A stretch of 40,595 nt of DNA from Atribacterota bacterium (GTDB taxonomy: Bacteria > Atribacterota > Phoenicimicrobiia > Phoenicimicrobiales > Stramentimicrobiaceae), in assembly GCA_040767965.1 (NCBI GenBank), contig JAXGNR010000014.1, positions 1 to 40,595 of the forward strand. The letters run 5' to 3'. A program made the position numbers and the translations under genes. Below are positions 36,685 to 40,595 of the stretch, one piece after another. Numbering within the stretch: position 1 is the stretch's first letter; each line of letters starts with the position of its first letter. The notes below the pieces were generated by a model. The model saw only the letters and a program-made list of their open reading frames with translations, had not been told where the DNA came from and did not search any database.

Positions 36685-38478
36685 TTAAAAATAAAAAAAA
36701 TAAAAAATAAGAGTAACAACAAAAATAAAAAGAATGGTCATCAGGCCTCCGGCTTTTAAATAATCAGAAGTTTTATAGCTTCCGGCAGTAATTAACATAG
36801 CATTAACCTGGTGAGTAGGTAAAACAAAAGAATTTGCAGCACTAACTGCAACCAGTAGAACCAGTGGCCTTGCATCCATTTTGATTAATATTGATAAGTT
36901 AATAATAAGAGGAACCAAAACAACGGTTGAAGCAACATTTGACATAAATAAAGAAAATAAAGTTGAAAGCAAAGCAATAGAAAAAATAATAAAAAAAGGA
37001 TGTTTATCTTGGATAATTAACATTAATTTTTCAGCTAGAAAGGCTGCAGTACCCGTTTTTTCCATTGCCATCCCCAATGGAATTAAGCCGGCAATTAAAA
37101 ACACCACTTTCCAATCTATCGCTTGGTAGAATTCATCAATATCAAAAACCCCAGTCAGTATCATGGCAATTGCTCCTGACAGTAAAGATACAGACAAAGG
37201 ATATCCAGCAATAGCCAAAGAGATTCCTCCTGCAAAACATAATAATGCAATCAATGGTTTTGTTTTTATTCCATCTTCTCCTTTTATTGAGGTCAATATT
37301 ATTACCTGTCCTGAGTTTTTTAATTGATTAATATTTTTCCACAAACCATGAAATATTATAATATCTCCTGCAATTAATTCTCTATCAGAAAAATCTCCAT
37401 GCACTGCTTTCCCCTGACTAAAAATCAGGACTGGTTCTATGTGGAAAGTTTTTCTAATTGCTAATTGTCGGATAGTTTTTCCAACAAGATCAGATCTGGG
37501 AGGAATGATAGATTCAACAAATCCTGCTTTCCTGGAATTTTGAATATCTGGAAAAATATTTGATTTTTCAATTAAAATCAATTGATAAAATTCAGCAAAT
37601 TCTTTAACATGTTCATCATCTCCTAATAAAGCTAGTTTTTGTCCTGCTTTAAAGCCAGTTTCTCTCCAGGGTGCATATTCTATACCCTTTTCCATGGATA
37701 AAGCAAGGATATTTAGCTGATATTTCTCCCATACCCCGGAATCTTCAGGATTTTTATTAATTAAAAGACTTTTTTCTGGTATAGAATAATGCCTTATCTT
37801 CCGGGGTAATTGCCATGAGTCTATCAGTATTTCCTGCTCTGGCTTAAATTCTTTAATATCTTTTTTTGGTAATACAAATGATCCTAAAAAGTAAAAATAA
37901 AAAATACCTGTCAATAATAGTATTAACCCGATCGGAGTTACGCTAAAAAGGTTATATGGCTCAATCCCTGCTTCTCTTAAAAAATCATTCAATATAACCA
38001 GTGGTCCTGATGCTATCATGGTAAGTGTTCCTCCTAGAATGGCAGCAAAACCCATAGGCATAATTAATTCAGAGGGGTGATATTTTTCCTTTTTGGAAAT
38101 GGTTATTATAACAGGTAAAAAAAGTGCAGCTGCACCTATATTTTGCATGAAGGCTGAAATCAGACCAACAGATAAAGAAACTATAACTATTAATTTACGT
38201 TTACTGCCAGTAACTATTTTTAAAATCCAATTGGAAAAATAATCCATAACCCCGGTCTTGGATATTCCATAACCCATAGCCATTACTGCAATCATCGCAA
38301 TAACCGCATTACTGGAAAATCCCGAAATCATTTCCAAAGGATTTAATACCCCAGACCAGCCCAATAATAACATACACAAAATAGCTACCAGGTCTACCCG
38401 AAAAATGTCAAAGACAAGCAGGAATATTGTTATTATTAATATTATCAGAACAATAAACTGTTGAATCAGCATATACAT
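36685..38478 (-). CDS. SLC13/CitMHS-type anion permease with two TrkA-C (RCK-C) domains
   Basis: RVDLVA, SGFSS, SAFMQNIGA, LGGTLTMIAS, central soluble domains, FMSNVAS, LPTHQVN. Confidence 0.88.
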   Translation of the reverse strand: MYMLIQQFIVLIILIITIFLLVFDIFRVDLVAILCMLLLGWSGVLNPLEMISGFSSNAVIAMIAVMAMGYGISKTGVMDYFSNWILKIVTGSKRKLIVIVSLSVGLISAFMQNIGAAALFLPVIITISKKEKYHPSELIMPMGFAAILGGTLTMIASGPLVILNDFLREAGIEPYNLFSVTPIGLILLLTGIFYFYFLGSFVLPKKDIKEFKPEQEILIDSWQLPRKIRHYSIPEKSLLINKNPEDSGVWEKYQLNILALSMEKGIEYAPWRETGFKAGQKLALLGDDEHVKEFAEFYQLILIEKSNIFPDIQNSRKAGFVESIIPPRSDLVGKTIRQLAIRKTFHIEPVLIFSQGKAVHGDFSDRELIAGDIIIFHGLWKNINQLKNSGQVIILTSIKGEDGIKTKPLIALLCFAGGISLAIAGYPLSVSLLSGAIAMILTGVFDIDEFYQAIDWKVVFLIAGLIPLGMAMEKTGTAAFLAEKLMLIIQDKHPFFIIFSIALLSTLFSLFMSNVASTVVLVPLIINLSILIKMDARPLVLLVAVSAANSFVLPTHQVNAMLITAGSYKTSDYLKAGGLMTILFIFVVTLIFYFFYF

Positions 38479-38537
38479 TCTCCTGATAAAAATTAATCAA
38501 ATGCTTATTGGTATTCAAGAATGATATAACTAGTTGT

Positions 38538-39905
38538 CTACTGTGCCTTTTTTAAGTCTTTAATCTTCTGAATATATTTTTCCATATCAAATTTTCTTTT
38601 TAAACCACTTTCATTCATAAAACGCACTTTGCCAAATATAGGTCTTTCTTTCCATGCACGGTCATGTTTCCCAAAACACCAGGCAATCCCGGCATATCCA
38701 TTAGGATCACGACCATCCAGCTCATATTTATTATTTAGATAAATACACCTCTGGTAAGCTTCTTGAGGGGTGGGACTCCATTCTAATATTTTTTTGCCCC
38801 AGTACATGCGCATATATCCATGCATTTTACCTGTGACAACCATTTCTTGTTGTGCTGCATTCCAATAGGGATCATGTGTTAGCGAGTGTTCTAATTCTGC
38901 AATTGAATAGATTAATTTTCTGGTATCATTTTGGTGCTTTTCCAGGGTGCTTTTTGCCCATCTGGGCAAACCTTTAAATTGGTCGTAATTAGCATTATAA
39001 AAAACATAATTAATTGACAGTTCACGTCGCACAATTAATTCTTCCAAATAAACTCGATATGCTTCTGAAGGTGCTTCTTCTTTCAGCCTTAATGCAATAT
39101 ACAATGGAGAAATTTGTCCGAAATGCAGGTAAGGACTCATGTGAGACAAGTAATCTTCTGATGGATTATTTCGTAATGATTCAAATCGGTTTATTTTTTC
39201 ATTGATAAATACATTTAACCGATATTCTGCCTGGCTTGTTCCCCCTTTGAATATTGTAGAAGGCAAAACAGAATTATCTATAGTTAAATATTCCAGGGTA
39301 TTCTCAATATTTTTAATGGAAAAAGAAGGAATTTTAAAATCCATAGATGAATAAAGGGGCTTTGTTTTTTTTAGAGGTTTAAGATATTCAGGCAATAAAC
39401 GGTTAATTTTAGGTCGAAATGTACCAGCTGTAAATTCTTCTTTCGATGAAGCGATTTCTACCGGAACAATAATGTTGCTTTCAACCTGTATCATCAGACA
39501 GGGTAATTTTTGGGCATAACTTTCGTACCATTGACTTAAAAAATTCAGATATCCACAATCAGCAATAACTATTATTGCTTCTTTTGCCAGCTGCAGCAGG
39601 TCTGGAGTTTTATAATCATTTTGAATATGAATGATGACCTGGATACCTATTTCTTTTAATTCCTTAATTACTTCCTGTAAACCTTCTAACATAAAATAGT
39701 AATGTCTTTTATTGGCATCCGGATATTTTTCAGTAATCTCGAAATAGACCAAAACTGGTTTTTCTTGTTTATTCCCTATTCTAATAGCAGTCTCCAGGGC
39801 GTGGTTATATTGGACACGTTGAGATGACTGCATCCAGTATATTACATACTTCCCGGGCTGCTCTTTATTTTCATTAAGATAAGAAATTCTCTCATCCTGA
39901 ATCAT
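38538..39905 (-). CDS. phr: class II CPD deoxyribodipyrimidine photolyase
   Basis: VIYWMQSSQR, LSHMSPYLHFGQIS, EELIVRREL, THDPYWNAAQ, GKMHGYMRMYWGKKILEW, DGRDPNGY. Start set to ATG 39905 (RBS GAGGTG). Confidence 0.92.
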   Translation of the reverse strand: MIQDERISYLNENKEQPGKYVIYWMQSSQRVQYNHALETAIRIGNKQEKPVLVYFEITEKYPDANKRHYYFMLEGLQEVIKELKEIGIQVIIHIQNDYKTPDLLQLAKEAIIVIADCGYLNFLSQWYESYAQKLPCLMIQVESNIIVPVEIASSKEEFTAGTFRPKINRLLPEYLKPLKKTKPLYSSMDFKIPSFSIKNIENTLEYLTIDNSVLPSTIFKGGTSQAEYRLNVFINEKINRFESLRNNPSEDYLSHMSPYLHFGQISPLYIALRLKEEAPSEAYRVYLEELIVRRELSINYVFYNANYDQFKGLPRWAKSTLEKHQNDTRKLIYSIAELEHSLTHDPYWNAAQQEMVVTGKMHGYMRMYWGKKILEWSPTPQEAYQRCIYLNNKYELDGRDPNGYAGIAWCFGKHDRAWKERPIFGKVRFMNESGLKRKFDMEKYIQKIKDLKKAQ

Positions 39906-40105
39906 TATTTCATTCACCTCTTCTTCCAAAAATGTTTTAATAATAATTCAAAAATCGCTAAAAATCCTCGTTGCTGTTTATTAATCAATATTCTAACATA
40001 AAAAAGTAATAAATATTTATTAAAAGAATTTATTTTAATATTAATAAAAAATTACTTTTTAATTTTTGTAATTATTTTAGAAAATAATTCATAGTTTTAT
40101 AATTA

Positions 40106-40149
40106 AAAGACCTTTCTTACCATTATTAACAATAATAAGAAAGGTCTTT
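40106..40149 (-). terminator. probable intrinsic terminator after the LolA-like gene
   Basis: 14 bp perfect inverted repeat AAAGACCTTTCTTA / TAAGAAAGGTCTTT. Confidence 0.6.
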
Positions 40150-40201
40150 CTTTTAATAGTATTGGCTCAATAATTATATATCTATAAAAATTCAGGTAAA
40201 C

Positions 40202-40595
40202 TTAACGCAAACTTTGCAGGCTGAACATATCTTCATCCAATTCAGGATTTAAATTAATTTCAGTTATTACAAACTGGGTATAGGTGTCTTTACGCAATTT
40301 ATTTTCCATGATTGATTTTATAGGTAACCATCTTCCCTCAATTTCTTCAATTTCCTGTATCTCGCTTACCTTCAATAATCTTCCACTTTCTGCATAAAGT
40401 TCTTCTTTTAACCCTACAAAACGCTCTTTATCTATCCAGGTTACCCTGTGGTAATAAGATACTTTTTGACCTGGAACAGCAATGGCTTCCAAAACATAAC
40501 AGGGACGATCATTAAAAGTTTCTTCTTCTAAGAGCGTAAATGTATATAATTCAGTCAGTTTGTCGGATTCCATCATCTCCTGGTAAGAGAAATCA
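40202..40595 (-). CDS. outer-membrane lipoprotein-sorting (LolA-like) protein, 5' truncated
   Basis: Frame stays open to the window edge (DFSYQEMMES...); CYVLEA, WIDKE, YAESGRLLK and a C-terminal FSLQSLR. Confidence 0.75.
   Translation of the reverse strand, partial: DFSYQEMMESDKLTELYTFTLLEEETFNDRPCYVLEAIAVPGQKVSYYHRVTWIDKERFVGLKEELYAESGRLLKVSEIQEIEEIEGRWLPIKSIMENKLRKDTYTQFVITEINLNPELDEDMFSLQSLR

Noticed and set aside
2215-39205. Many short plus-strand ORFs in the track (e.g. 5511..5816, 7537..7854, 18799..19272, 32796..33062)
   Set aside because: They lie antisense to well-supported genes, with no RBS or motifs; shadow ORFs.
1-40595. CRISPR arrays, IS elements, integrases, tRNA/rRNA
   Set aside because: No regularly spaced repeats, transposase or integrase ORFs, or structured RNA genes were seen by eye.

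Overview
AT-rich bacterial chromosomal window with almost all genes on the minus strand and no recognisable mobile element, CRISPR array, tRNA or rRNA. In coordinate order it holds: a truncated RecD2 helicase; YjbQ; an uncharacterised three-gene unit (M20 amidohydrolase, MFS transporter, UGSC-like fusion protein); DUF2177; an alpha/beta hydrolase; ribokinase; a second MFS transporter; a ProU/OpuA-type ABC importer with two tandem binding proteins; a PEGA-caspase lipoprotein; MntP; plsX with a FapR-type operator; a FecBCD-type metal ABC importer preceded by a NikR-like palindrome; a Mo/W-bis-PGD oxidoreductase + TAXI-TRAP operon; an ABC exporter; a NagD-like HAD; glutaminyl cyclase; a PII-like/DUF1538/YeeE/MBL-rhodanese/SLC13 cluster; a class II photolyase; and a truncated LolA-like gene. 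The strongest lead is a partially double T-box riboswitch (probable Trp specifier, Met alternative) upstream of a TAXI-TRAP transporter and a stand-alone cytoplasmic molybdopterin enzyme, suggesting an undescribed amino-acid-precursor salvage system. All family assignments come from motif recognition by eye, not database searches.
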